Shown here piece by piece: positions 34,684-47,348 of a stretch of 50,012 nucleotides of DNA. Position numbers and translations under genes: made by a program. Location of the stretch: the NCBI GenBank assembly GCA_018398765.1, contig JAHBMJ010000349.1, positions 1 through 50,012 of the forward strand, written 5' to 3'. The notes beneath the pieces are model-generated. The model was not told where the DNA came from and did no database searches. It saw only the letters and a list, made by a program, of their open reading frames with translations. This stretch comes from Chromera velia (Eukaryota). Position 1 is the stretch's first letter, and each line of letters begins with the position of its first letter.

Positions 34684-37600
34684 TGCGTGCGTGCGTGCGT
34701 GAGAGTGTGGGTGTGAGTGTGTTTGCATGTTGCTGGGAATCGATTGTTGTTTGCTCTTCTTTTTGCTCTGCTACAGGGTCAACAAGTCCTCGACGAGGAG
34801 GGAGAGGAGGCAGACAGGGGCGAGGCCCCCTGTGCTGACGCAAGGGCAGCAGAAGGGAGCGTCGCACAAGGCCTTGCCAGCGCCAGTGCTGACAGATCGG
34901 CAGCAGAAGGGAGCAAGACAGAAGGCCTTGCCAGCGCCAGTGCTGACAGATCGGTAGCAGAAGGGAGCGAGACAGAAGGCCTTGCCAGCGCCAGTGCTGA
35001 CAGATGCGCAGCAGAAGGGAGCAAGACAGAAGGCTTTGCCACCGCCAGTGCTGACATGAGCGCCGCAGAAAAGAGCTCCAGAGAAGCCCCCGCACCTACT
35101 GCAAGTGATCAGACACGAGAGGTTCGAGAAGTCGATGCAGTCACTGTCTCACAGGGGCCTTCTGGATTCGGGGGATCCGCATGTCTTGGGATCCGCCAAC
35201 CAGTCCGTCGCCACGTGGGTGCCGTGTATTTGTATGGACTACTTGTCCTTCGGCGAAAGAAGCAAGTTTATATAAGCACAGACAGGGATAAGATCGGAAA
35301 TCGAACCGAGTAAGCTCTTTGCACGCATGGACAGTCAGCCGAAGATTGACCGAGAAACAATCAAGAAGACAGAAGAATGCACGGTGAAAGTGAAAGCTGA
35401 AGAAAGATCAATAAGGAAAGGTGAAGAAACCAAAAGGCAAAACAGGCAGTGCTTTTCTGTTCCTTCCCTGGCTATGCACACTTGCCTGTTTCCGTATGAA
35501 GTCGCCGCTCTCCCTCGCGCTTTCGATTGTACGAGATCTCCTGGGTGTTCATGAATCCTCCGTCTTTCCGTCATACGTTCTACTTGTCTGCAGGAGCCCT
35601 CTCAGAGGCAGCTGGCAGAGACAATGAAGAGAAAGCAGAAGGAAGAGGAAGAAAAAATTGCGGAAAATGAAAAGGAATCAGCAAAGTTGCAGAAGGACCT
35701 GAAAGAGGTCAAAAGAATAAAAGAGGAGGAGGCGACAAAGCATCAACAGGAGACAGAGGCAGTCAGGAAAGAGTTTGAGGAGGCTCTCAGAGAGAAGGAA
35801 GCAGAAGTGGAAAGGCTGCAAGAAGCAGAAAGAAAGTTGCGGAGTGAGTTTAAAGGACTTTTGTCGTCTAAAGAAAGTGAGAAAGCAAAGTTACAGGAAA
35901 AATTGGCAACCGTTCAAGAGAAGCTTGCCGAAAGCAGGGCAACCAAGGAGAAGGACGAGACCATTTTGAAAGAGGAGACCGTATCACTTCGAAAGGAATT
36001 GGGGGGAATGGTCACAGCAAGGGAGGGTGACACTGTACGGTTGCAAGAGGGGGCTACAGCTCTTCGTCAGGAGCTTGAGAAGGCCGCCCGCTTGCAGAAG
36101 GAAACATCGTCCCTTCGCAGAGAGCTTGAGGAGACGGCCAAGGCGAGGCAAGAGGAGACGGCGGATCTCAGAGAGAAGCTCGCGGCCTCTCGAAGGGAAA
36201 TAGAAGAGATTCAAGAGAGAGCACAAGAGGGAGAAAGTGCCGTCTCCTTATTGCAGGAAGAGAAGAGTCCTGCCCTGTCCCGGATCTCTGCCCTAGAGGC
36301 ACAGTTGTCTGAAGCAGAGCAGCAGCTTCTTCTCGAGCGGGAGGCTGCCCAGAAAGAGAAGGAAGAGGGAGAAGAGTCCTCACAGAAAGAGCTGTCAGAT
36401 CTGCGCAGGGCCCATAGCAGCGCCTCAGCAGAGACTGCCCGTCTGACTGCAGACCTCTCCACCCTTCGCTCTAAACACTCCGCTCTAGAGCAGGAACATC
36501 AGAAGACGGCCAGTGAGCTCGCAGCTGCGGTAACAGAGAAACGCAAAGTCTCCTCGACCCTCACAGCCGCCCAAAAACAACGCAAAGAGCTGGAGGCAAA
36601 AGCATCGGCAGCAGCTGCAGACCTACAGAAGGCAGAGGCGTCTGTAGAGAAGGAGAAGGCTTCTGCCGCCCGTCTGCGTTCTTCCTTGGAGTCAGAGAAG
36701 CGTGAGGTCGAGAAGCTGAAAGACCTTCGAGAGAAGCTTCGCATAGCAAACGGGTACGTTAGGGGGTGGGCAGACTCAGCTCGGGATGACTTAAAATTTC
36801 CCCTCAACCGAACGGTCTGCATGAGTGCTTGCACCAATATTGGGATCTCGCACTAAGCTGTCTTTCCTGTCCATTTGGGTTTTGTTTTTATTGCCGTTTT
36901 CCTTTTCGTGTGTCCTTGTGCGTGTTCTTTATGTTGCCTTTTTTTTTCTCTTCCTTCACTCGATTCATGTTTTCTTTTTGCGAAGGACGCCTCTGTCTGG
37001 TTTTGATCTTCTCTATCCCTGCTGCCCGCCTCTCTTCTTCCTTCAGGGTGCTCTCTGAAATCCACGAGGAAAAGTCTTTCGTCGAGGCACGAATGGGGTC
37101 TCTCCTCAGCGAGCTCTAAAAGATGTCAGACGAGAAGCGTGTTGCCATCTGCCGCGTCGTCTCTCTGGAGGGTCAACTACAGGAGACTGTAAGGCAACTA
37201 GTAGTGGAACGCTGCAGTCTCTTCAAAGCTGCGATAGCAGCAGGAGAAGCCCAAGGCACCCTCATGCCGGACCTCCCCTCACATACCCCCGACTTCACAG
37301 TTCTTCCGTCAATGCCCTCAGGAAGCAGCGCGTCTGCCCCCCCCCTCGTTGCAGCTGCCTCTGGCCCGATCGGTCAGGCTGCAGAAGAACTTCACCTCGA
37401 GTCAGGGGACCTCAACAGAGAACTCAGAGCACGTCTTGCTCTTGCTGTTCCGGTGTCCCAGCCCCCGCATCAGACACCCGTCCCTTTGTGTCCTCGGGGT
37501 TTCGGTCCCCCCAATTTCCTTCCTGAGGTCTCCCCCATGAATCTGAATAATTTCGTGATGCCTCCCGATTCCGTTCCCGAAAGCTCAAAGACGCGCTGCG

Positions 37601-39059
37601 AGAAAGCTCAGACGGAGACCCACCCATGCATAATTCCATCAGCAGCAGCAGAAACAGAGAGCGCACTCCAGAGAGTCACCGCCGAAGCCCAGGCCCCAGA
37701 GAGCCCCCTGACGGAGACAGACGGCACAGAACAATCAGCCCTTCCTCTCTACTCAGGAGGTCCTGTCGATTTCTCCCATTTTCTCGTCCCTCCTGCTTCT
37801 TCAGCGTCTGAGGTGCCAATTTCCCCAGGCCCCCTCTCCGAAGACACACACCAAGCTGTCTCATCAGAACCGACTCGGAGGGAGACGGTGAACTGCCTCA
37901 CGGCTGTCAGAGGCCGCACAGCAGTAGCAACAGCGCTCATGCCTCCATCAGTTGATATGAAGAGGCTGTATGAGCTGAACCTCTCCGAATTGGATTTGGG
38001 GGATGTCGATGCTTTGCGGGGGAATCGCGTGAAGGAGGCAGAAAAATGCCGCGGGCGGGATTTGGAGCAGTCCCCAATTGGTGTCGGGGTGCCTCCCTGG
38101 TGCAGATCGCGATGCTCAAGTCAAGACTCGCTGTCGACAGAGATTTTTGTGCCTGACAGACAAGTCTCGGGAAGGCAGAAATGCATCAATGCCGTTGACA
38201 ACCCGTTCGACTTTCGACAACCCTTTCAAGCCGATCAGAATCCCTCTTCAAGTCAGTTGGTGCTTCAAAGTCTCCCCATTTTCTCACAATTTCTTCTTCT
38301 TCTTCTTCTTCTTCTTCCTTCGTTCCTGCTTTCCTTTCGCACCTGCACAGTGTCACATCTGGTGTGTTTCTTCCCATTTTTCTACCTCTTCACCGTTCCT
38401 GTTTTCTTTCTCACCTTTTGTTTCTCTCGATCGATGCTTTGCTTCGCCCTTCTATTTGTTTCTGGTATGCTGAGGCTCTAGACTTCAACATCAAATTGTA
38501 TGTCATGATCCATCTTTTCTGTCTTTCTTGATTGCAATTTTGAGTTGAGAGCCGCTCGTCTTGTAGGATCTGGGGAAGACTGGTCATCAGCGGATGTTGA
38601 TTGAACTAGTGTTTCCTTTCCTCTGCAGGGTCTAACCGAAAATCAAGGATTGCATGCATGTCTGAAGGAACTTAAGGCGCAGTGTTCTGAATTCTCGTTT
38701 GCGTATGTTTGCAGGTGTCTCCTTGCCAGACTTTTGTCCTTTTCTTGTCCCATCTCTGAGGCTTTCTGACACATGCACAGGCTGCTCATTTGTTTTGCTG
38801 CTGCCTGCGTGATCTGATTCCAGCGAAACGTCCTGTAATACTTCGACGCCCAGGTTTTCGTGCTCAGGTGGAGACAGCAGCCTCAGCCCATGCAGCGCCC
38901 ACACGCACACAGATACAGGGGAAGGCATGCGTCCCTCCTCAGTACTGGGTCAGCAAGGAAAGGGCTGCGGAGGTTACACGGATCCAGGCGGAAAAACTCC
39001 GTCTGGAAAATGAAAAGGCCAAGGGGCGGGGCAAGGGGCCGCAGCCAAGGCACGTGTGA
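33539..39059 (+). CDS. Large hypothetical coiled-coil protein with one in-frame TAA (possible pseudogene)
   Basis: Exon 33539-34336; exon from 34777 (donor uncertain); exon 35594-36753 (~385 aa rich in E/K/A/L heptads); exon from 37048 to ~38250 with TAA at 37117-37119; probable last exon ~38781-39059. Confidence 0.65.
34847..35070 (+). repeat. Coding 51-bp (17-aa) tandem repeat [17 protein letters not shown], about 4 copies
   Basis: GCAGAAGGGAGC...GGCCTTGCCAGCGCCAGTGCTGACAGA repeated. Confidence 0.9.
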
Positions 39060-39635
39060 GCTAGGGGCGGGAGGGGGCGGGGTGATCCACACGGCTGTAC
39101 AGTCAAGTGAGTTCGTCTTGAAGAGTCGAATCTCAACATGCAAAACGATGCACGTCATTTGCTGCATGGAAAAGAAGAAAGGACTCAGAAGTGAGGGTGG
39201 GGAAGGCGTCCAAAATCTGTAGTCCTGCATGTGCTTTTTGATGATTGTTCCATCAAACTGGTGGTAGTCTAGATCATCGATCTCCGTCCTTTTTTTTTCT
39301 TCGGAATAGAATTTCTTTTTTTAATGTGTCATGAGGAGGAACAGTGCTATCCATCCAGTGAAGGGGGTGGGGACAGCACGACAGCGGAGCAACCTTAAAA
39401 AAAAGTGGCGAACGGAGTCAAGAGCTTTCCCTCATTCTCACTGTTTCTGCTTTTTTCTTTGAGAGCTTCTAACACGGGACGTCAGAAACAAGGTGCAGGC
39501 TAGGGCCGCTTGGCGTGCCTCTCACTTGATTTAAGCCAAGCAGTAAAGGTTTTCGTTTTTTTATTTATTTGCTCGTCATCTGGCAGCTTTTCTTTCTTTC
39601 TTCCTTTCTTTGTCTTGCTTCGTTTTTTGTTGAAC

Positions 39636-39752
39636 TTCCTGGATGATGGATGTGCTTCTTTTTCTGTTCCTGGATGATGGACGTGCTTCTTTAAATTTTC
39701 TGTTCCTGGATGATGGATGTGCTTCTTTTTCTGTTCCTGGATGATGGATGTA
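39636..39752. repeat. Short tandem repeat TTCCTGGATGATGGA(T/C)GTGCTTCTTTTTCTG, about 4 copies
   Basis: TTCCTGGATGATGGA occurs at ~39636, 39667, 39703 and 39734. Confidence 0.85.
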
Positions 39753-42700
39753 CCCTTCCATCTGAAAAGGAACAAGAACGTGGAGTCCCTGCGCGTCGGG
39801 CCCGGGCTTCTTTTTGTCTGTTCTTCTGCTTCGCACATGTTATTTTTTTTTCTTTCCCACTTTTCTTTTCTTTTTAGAGTCAGCACCCGTGCTGACGGGG
39901 AATGAAAGGCAATATCACTTCGCCAGCAACAAAAAGAGCAAGAGAGAGAGAGAGGAGATGCTTTCCTTTCTGTTCCGTTTCCTTTGGAGTGTTTCTGTTC
40001 CTCTTGTAGTCGGCTTCCCTTTCTGCATGTGTCGTCTGTATCGGAACCACGCACGGTTGACTCTTCCCGTCGACTACCAAATAAAGGGAAATCAAACCCA
40101 CCGGAAGAAACAAGAAACCACGCTGAGAACAGGAATCGTCGTGCGGAAAGTGAGCTAATAAAATGACGGGAAGCATTTCTTTTTTTCTTCCTCTCGTTTG
40201 AAACTTTTATTTTCCTGAGAGAAGAGACAAGCGGAATACAGAGCGTCACAAAATGGTAGAGCTTCGCATGAAGGCACCGGTAGAGAGAGGGCAGAGGAGG
40301 CCGAAAGATAAAAAGAAAAGAAAAGCGGGCACGATTCTTTTCTTTTATTGCCTGCCTACCCTCAGGCTGTGTTTTGTCTTTTGTTTTGGCGGAATCTGAA
40401 GGGGACAGCGAAAACAAAGTGCATGCTTGGCATGCCAGATGCAGGGTGGGTTTGAGTCAATCTGTGAGAAACTTTTTCTTGTTTTTGTTCTTTAAAGACT
40501 GATTTGCGTTTTCTGTTTCGTTGTCTTGCAGCTTTTCTTTCTTCCTCTGCTTGTCTTCATTCTTTCTGTTCCTGTGTAGAGATTTGCGTGCACCCACACG
40601 TTGCTTGCTGCACTTGAGAGAGGAAGGGCAACTCGTTCCTTCACTACACGACCCGCTACGGCCTTTTGAGGTCGTGTTTTTTTCTTCTTTGCTCGATATT
40701 TCACATGACAACTCGAATTGCACCAATGCCGTCTCAACTATCCGTGTCCATTCACAGAAGTGGTGATACACAACGAACGGCCTAAAATTGAGGTTTGTTT
40801 GGGAATATGAGGGGAGACGAGAGTTGAAACTGGAGGGGAGAAGCGTCCCTTTTAATTCCTCTTCTTTCCGGAGCCTTTTGCAGGTCCTAGTGCAGGTCAC
40901 GTCCCTTCCATGTGTCCCTTTTTTTAGGATCTCCCGGTTCTTTCAGCTCTACATCTGACTCGCTCGCTCCTCAATCAATGAAACGATTCATGCAATGTCG
41001 TTCAGCTGTAAGCAGAAAAGAAAGTGTGCTCGAACGAGAAGAGCACTGGGTGTGACGAAAACGAGCAGCAATGTACTATCTGATGTGTACCGCTTGCGAT
41101 GCGCGCGCTGTGACAGTCCACAGTGTTCGCTTTCGGACTTCTGATGATTCCAAAAGACCTGGGGAGGGTTGGGGGGGCCTTCTCCGGCTGCTTAGGTACG
41201 TAGTCGGAACTGCTCGGCAGTCGCAATTCGCAAGCCTGCATGTGTGTCTACCTGCATCATCGCACTTCGACCATTTCACAGTGTGCGTGACTGTCCCTGA
41301 TTTGACCGTGTGTGCGTGTCCAATGCTGAACGTTGCTGTTGATGTCTTGACAGGCTGGGGCGTCACTTCCTCTGCTCAGAAGCGAAACAAACGTTTGCAC
41401 ATCGTTCCTCCAAAGAGACTCTGAGCAAGAATTGCAATTGCAAAGTGAGATTCCCTTGCACTGCGACAAGGTGCAAATAAAGAAAATTTAATGCCATGCG
41501 ACAATCAAGCAAAGCATGATGGTAACAGTCTAGGGCTGTTCCATCTGCTTCGGGTGCAAGAGCCATGCACACGAAAACATGAAATTAATTGTTCCACTAT
41601 ATGCAGTCACTCTCTTGTGTGTCCGATGCCAATTGTCTTCACATTCACTCCTCAAAGTGAAAGATGGTTTTCAATGCGGGGGAAGGGGGGATTGCACAGG
41701 CTGTGCGGGTGATGCCATAACGCTGAGTCTCTGCATGGGTGCTTCTATTTGTGTTCTCTTCTGCCTGACGAAACAAGTATCTCGCTTTTCTTTTCTTGTT
41801 CAGTTAATTTTTTTTCTGCATGGGAGTTTCTACTCCTCTTCATTTCTGACAGTCAATATGCGTGGATTATTTCAGTTGAAAATTTCTTTTTCGACGACAA
41901 ACGTGAACCACCAGAGAAGAGGTTTTTTTTTTCTTTCTTTTCCTCTTTTTCTGTATTGTTTGAGATCTTCTCCTTTGTCCTGTTCAATTTTGTTTTCTAA
42001 TGCTCAGGACCGGTTTTATAGAGAAGGGAAGCAGGAAAGTAGAAAGCGAAAGTTTTTAATTTTGCCTCAAATCAAGAGGACACTCCGTTTGTCTGTGGTT
42101 TTCCCTGGAGGAAGAAGAGAGAACGTCTGAAGAAGAATTCAGGTGAAATGCCACTTCTACGAGACTCCCGAGTCCTTGCATCCTCTCGATCGATCAGAAA
42201 AAAAAGATGCATGTGCGCGTGGCATGACCTTGCCGGTGCAAGAGCCGTTTTACTTTTCATGCATGGGAGGGAAGTGGGGAAGGTCGATCATAGAGTACGA
42301 CCTTCATAGAACTGAGTCTTTGCGCGCGCACCTTTCCGTTATTGTCCACGGACAACGCATTCCCTTTCCCGCACCGCCCGTTCTGTTCATACACCCACCA
42401 TGCATAGCCCTGATGGGCATGCACACAGAATTGATTCATGGGGCAGAATGAGATCTGATCGCACTTCCTCAATGGAGCAATTAAATCAAGAACTCTGGTG
42501 AGGGGGTGGGATCGATCGAGGGGACTGAACGAATGCCTGCAGGGACTATCATCGGCATGGGAGGGAAGTCACTGTGGGGAAGATGGAGCCGGATCGAGAG
42601 ATCTTCTCGCCTCTGCCTGTTTGTAGAGTCAATCTCAGGTCAGGAAGGACAATTTAGGCCTGTCGACTATGCAGACAGCTAGGGGAGAAGGGGTTGGTTT

Positions 42701-44204
42701 GGGGTTGGGTTTGGGCAATGCCATTTCTGGCGAAGGGGGTAATACTTCTTACAGGGCAACAGCTTCATGTCAGTGTCGTTACATGGAGCTATACAATGTC
42801 TTGTAATTTTATTACCTCTGGCACTTGCCAGATGAATTGGCGTTCCGCCCGGCTGCATGGCCGCACATCTGCACTCAGTATCGTCTTCATAGCTGCATGC
42901 GTGAATCAGCAGCGTGATCTACATTCGTGATCGGCTTTTTCATTCTGGTCAATGCTTTAGAGAATTAGCCTCAGGATTGGCAATTGATACTTTATTTAAC
43001 AATTAATGTTTTGAAATCATTATCAAATAATTAGAGGTCATATCTATCTTCTAAATCATGTAATTCTTTTTTATTAATTAATCTGCTGAGACTTGATCTG
43101 ATACTGGTACAGTGTTGGATTATATGTTAGATTTTTGAATTTTTGATTATGATGTCTATAGTAATGCCTGTATTAAGACATGACTCATGATATGATTCAT
43201 ATCACTATAGTTTCTAGCTCTAGCAACGGATAGATATAATAGCACGAAGGCCCTAGGCTAGTAGCTATAGGGAAAACCTAGGGGAAAACTTATTAAAAAT
43301 TAATTTTAACTGCCCCTGGGCCAATGTTGCAGAAGAAGCTCACTGTGTTGGGAGCTGGAAGCCTTCTGCGGCCATGTGGGGCTGCCTGCTTGTTTGTCTA
43401 CTCTCTTTGCACCCACGCCAAAGCCTGAAACGATCGCTTCTACAACAGTCAGAGACGGCTTTACGCTAGGCTTTGTGAACTTAAAGTTCTTGTTTCCATT
43501 TGTTCTCCCAGTCTCTTGACGCAGTTGAGGTACCCGGAGTTGCCAGGTGTCTCTTCACTCTGGAACAAGCAGCAGATGCGCCAAAAGGACAACCATAGAG
43601 CAAGCAGAGGAAGCAAAACACCGTTAACGACTTTGGAGCTTCAACTGACTGAGGAAACACCTGCAAGCTGGGCTCTCTATCCCACACAGATCCAGAACTA
43701 TGGCAAACACGGCCGTGCCCATGACTCCGCACGCCTGAGGGTAGATGCCAGCCTTTCAGGTTTCTCCCTTCCTTCCTAGCCTCCTTCAATATCGACCAGA
43801 CAAGCCGTACGCACGGCCAAAGCCAGTTTTTGAAAAGGCAGTGCTGTGTAGAAGAAGAAAATCGGAGAAGACGGCAAAACTCTGGGGGCATGACTCGATG
43901 GGGGTTTAAAATTTCCACCTGGGTCAGGACGGTAAATCACATGTATGCATACGTTATGGAGCACTTCAGGACGGCTATGATGGCATGAGTTTCCCAATAT
44001 ACGAACACCAGTCGGGGAAAAGCAAAGAAAATAAAGAAAAAGAAAAAAAGAGAGAGACGGGATAGAAGAAGGCAAGTAGCTTGGCTCTCCCCATCCATCT
44101 TTTAATCCTACAGAGCAGCGTTTAAAGCCGACCTTTTAAAAATTTTCATAGTTCAGGACAAGCCCTTTTTGAGCCGCTAAGGGTTATTTGTCGTGTTTTT
44201 GTAT

Positions 44205-44323
44205 ATGTTTTCTCCTTTGCGCTCCTTTGGGGGAGGGCTGCCGAGCTTGTCTCTTACCAAACGTTGGAAGCTTTAAAGGCTAGGCCACTAGTCTAGGTAC
44301 GATGGCGTATGATGATGATGATG
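44205..44323 (+). repeat. Dispersed repeat, copy 1, ending in a (GAT)n tail
   Basis: Similar to 46585-46700: ATGTTTTCTCCTTTG...GGCTGCCGAGCTT...GTTGGAAG...CTAGTCT.GG..CGATGGCGTATGAT. Confidence 0.8.
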
Positions 44324-45658
44324 AACTGCCCCAATTCATTCATTAATCAATCAAGCTGCATTGTTGCATACTGGAATTATGACTGGTGATGCTCGTTCTC
44401 GCAAACCATGTACACCGTTCCTGCTGCAATGCTGCATGCCTAGAAGAGAAACAGTTATCCAGAGTTTTCAAGAGCCTCCTTGCGGCTGCTTCGTTGGGCT
44501 GGTCTAGATTTTGTTTGTTCGTTGGGAGTGGGAGTGCCGCAACACTCTGATACCAGCGGGCAGCAGCGACAGAGAGTTCAAAACACCGGCTCTCTCTTTT
44601 TTAAGGGCAGAGCTAGATATGCAGTTGCGGAAGAGGGCTATCGCTTCTTCACATTTCCCTCCTCTTGCTAAGCTCACCCGCCTTTAACAAGCTTTTTCCT
44701 CCTCTCATCGCATGTTTGTGTTTCTTCTTTACAACAAATCTGCCTCTGGTCTTTACTCCTTTTCCGCCCTCCCTCGATCAGATTCTGCTCTCACAGTAAC
44801 CGACGGCTCTCTGTTCGGTTTCTTACGTCTGCTCTCATTTAACCTTTAAGGCGAAAGCAGTGCTCTGTCTGTTGAATGTAGCGAGCACAAACTCTGTGTA
44901 CATGATTCTTGTATTCGGTGTGTTGATGATTTCATGCATAGACTGTCTTCATGTGCCAAGTGACTGGATGAAAGAGAATTCCTGCACTGCCTGGCTAAGC
45001 TGGAATCCATTAATTCAAATGATTGTAACTGTCCACTCCCCGGTGCAAGTACATCTGAACTCTTCATCCGTAATGTCATTCAATCGCTTCTACGCTCGTA
45101 TCCGGTCTGTCTCTTTGATGTCTGTTTCCCTATTCTAGAAAGTGATTAACTGATCAACTCCACCGGCGACTTAACAAACAACAACCATGCATGTATGTGC
45201 CGCCCGGGAGCTTAGCGCTCCAACTGGGGTTAAGCATCTTCTAACTAACTAACTAACTAACTATATCTAAAAATATCATGTAATCTATCTATCATACCTA
45301 CTATCAACTCAACAACGCTCAATAATGACCTACCAGTGTCGTGGATTAGTTTTGTTATATTACTTAGCATCTGACTCAGCGTAGCTAGTGGACTGTTCAT
45401 CACAGTAGGACAGCTCCACTTAGAGCTCCACACTACCTAGTAACCTGAGCCCACTAGATTTCACAGTCATTTGTATGGAACCCTGGACCAGAAGTCCCTG
45501 GAGGGAGCCTTGGATCTGGAGGGAGCCCAAACGGCCTCTAAGACGGCCCACCTTCCTTGAATGGAGGCAGCGAAGAGAGAAACGCGTGACTGGTGAAACA
45601 GGGCGTCTCCTGTAGCAATTTAACCTTCAAAGTTGCCTTCGAGTTGTGCCGCCCGCGG

Positions 45659-46033
45659 GACCTGTTCGTTCGTACGCTTGCATGCGTTAATTAGTATAGC
45701 CCCAACCTGTTTGTTTGTACGCTTACGTGCGTCAGCTGGTATGGCCGCGACCTGTTCGTTCCTATACGCTTGTGTGCATCAACTGGTATGGCCGTGACCT
45801 GTTCATTCGTATACTTGCGTGCGTTAACTGGTATGACTACGACCTGTTCATTCGTATACGCTTGCGTGCATCAACTGGTATGGCCATGACTTGTTCGTTC
45901 CTATACGCTTACGTGCGTCAACTGGTATGGCCGCGACCTATTCGTTCGTATGTGCTTACGTGCGTCAACTAGTTTGCCATTAGCCATGACCTGTTCGTTT
46001 ATATACGCTTGCGTGCGTCAACTGGTATGGCTG
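45659..46033. repeat. Minisatellite of 8 copies of a ~45-47 bp unit GACCTGTTCGTTCGTATACGCTTGCGTGCGTCAACTGGTATGGCCGC
   Basis: Units start at ~45659, 45704, 45749, 45796, 45841, 45888, 45935 and 45988. Confidence 0.93.
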
Positions 46034-46584
46034 CCCGCCGGCCTAGCCGGCGGGCCGGCCTGACAAAGAAAAGCGCATGTATGTTTGGCAAGTGCCCATA
46101 GTGCCCCCCGCTTCATTTCCCGGGGCCATGCATAGGCTCGGGCAGGGAATTATTTCCAAGTGCCCCCCGCTTCGCTTTCCGGGGCTACTATCACCTTAGA
46201 CTCTTACAGCTTCAAAGCAATTCAGTAGTTAGTCCCTTTCCGCGGTTCAGGAGTCCGTTCATAAAATGTCTGTTTACTGTCTCGTGATGGATTGACACAA
46301 CTTTCTTCGGTTGTAAGTCTGAAACGAATGTTCAGAAGTCCTAGTGGAAGTCTGCCTCTAATTTTCGATCTGACGCAAAAAAATAGTAAAAAAATATTGA
46401 ACATCGGCCCCCCCCCTGATTGATTTTGTTCAGCCTACATGACGGGAAAAAGCCCCAAAAACGCCCTTTTTGGATGAGGGGCGTGTATTTCAGGACCGTG
46501 GCGAAATTAAATAAGAAAAGGGGGGGGAGGGGTCAGACATGTTTTGCCACCCTGTGGTGAAAATCTTTTTATACACCCCCCCGC

Positions 46585-46710
46585 ATGTTTTCTCCTTTGG
46601 CGGAAGGCTGCTTGAGGCTGCCGAGCTTATCTTTTATCGAATGTTGGAAGTTTTGAAGGCTGGGCTACTAGTCTGGGCAGACGACGATGGCGTATGATAG
46701 CGTATGACTA
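46585..46710 (+). repeat. Dispersed repeat, copy 2
   Basis: Direct-orientation homologue of 44205-44323. Confidence 0.8.
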
Positions 46711-47155
46711 TGTGTGTGATTATCAATGATTGATTATAATTTATATACTAATACTATAAATATACTTCTAGATATACTTCAATAAATGAATGAATGAATG
46801 AATGAATCAATGAATGAATGAATGATGATTGAGGATGAATAAATGAATAACTAATATTTGTTTGAAACAATCACGGCTCCTAGCACGACTCTCTATTTAA
46901 GCCTCTCTCTTCACTATAGTACACTATAGTTAACTATAGTTTTTTTATTAGATTCTTCTGTTTTACTATTTAAAAAACCTAGGCTTCCCACATTTAAAAA
47001 AAAAGCAATTGCCTAAAATTAATTTTTTGATTTTCTTTTTTTTCTTTCTAAACAACACTTGTGCATTGTGTAACACCTATGTAACACCCCAAACAATAGA
47101 CTCTGGCGGGCCCCGAGGGCGGGGTCTGATACCTCAGCTTAGGCTGGGGAACGCC

Positions 47156-47348
47156 CCGCCCTGCTAGCTCTGGCGATAGATAGACATAGCGGGAAGGCCC
47201 TAGGGCGGAACATATCAATCAATCAATCAATCAAGTATTGTTCTAGAAAATAAAAAAAAAAAGTAATTTCCGCCCTGCTAGCTCTGGCGACAGATAGACA
47301 TAGCGGGAAGGCCCTAGGGCGGAACATATCAATCAATCAATCAATCAA
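47156..47348 (+). repeat. Two near-identical ~78-bp units, each with self-complementary ends and an (ATCA)n tail
   Basis: CCGCCCTGCTAGCTCTGGCGA[T/C]AGATAGACATAGCGGGAAGGCCCTAGGGCGGAACATATC(AATC)n at ~47156 and ~47270. Confidence 0.9.

Noticed and set aside
39500..42500. Possible minus-strand gene or pseudogene
   Set aside because: Some exon-like patches (~41570-41240) but with stops and no motif; cannot be supported.
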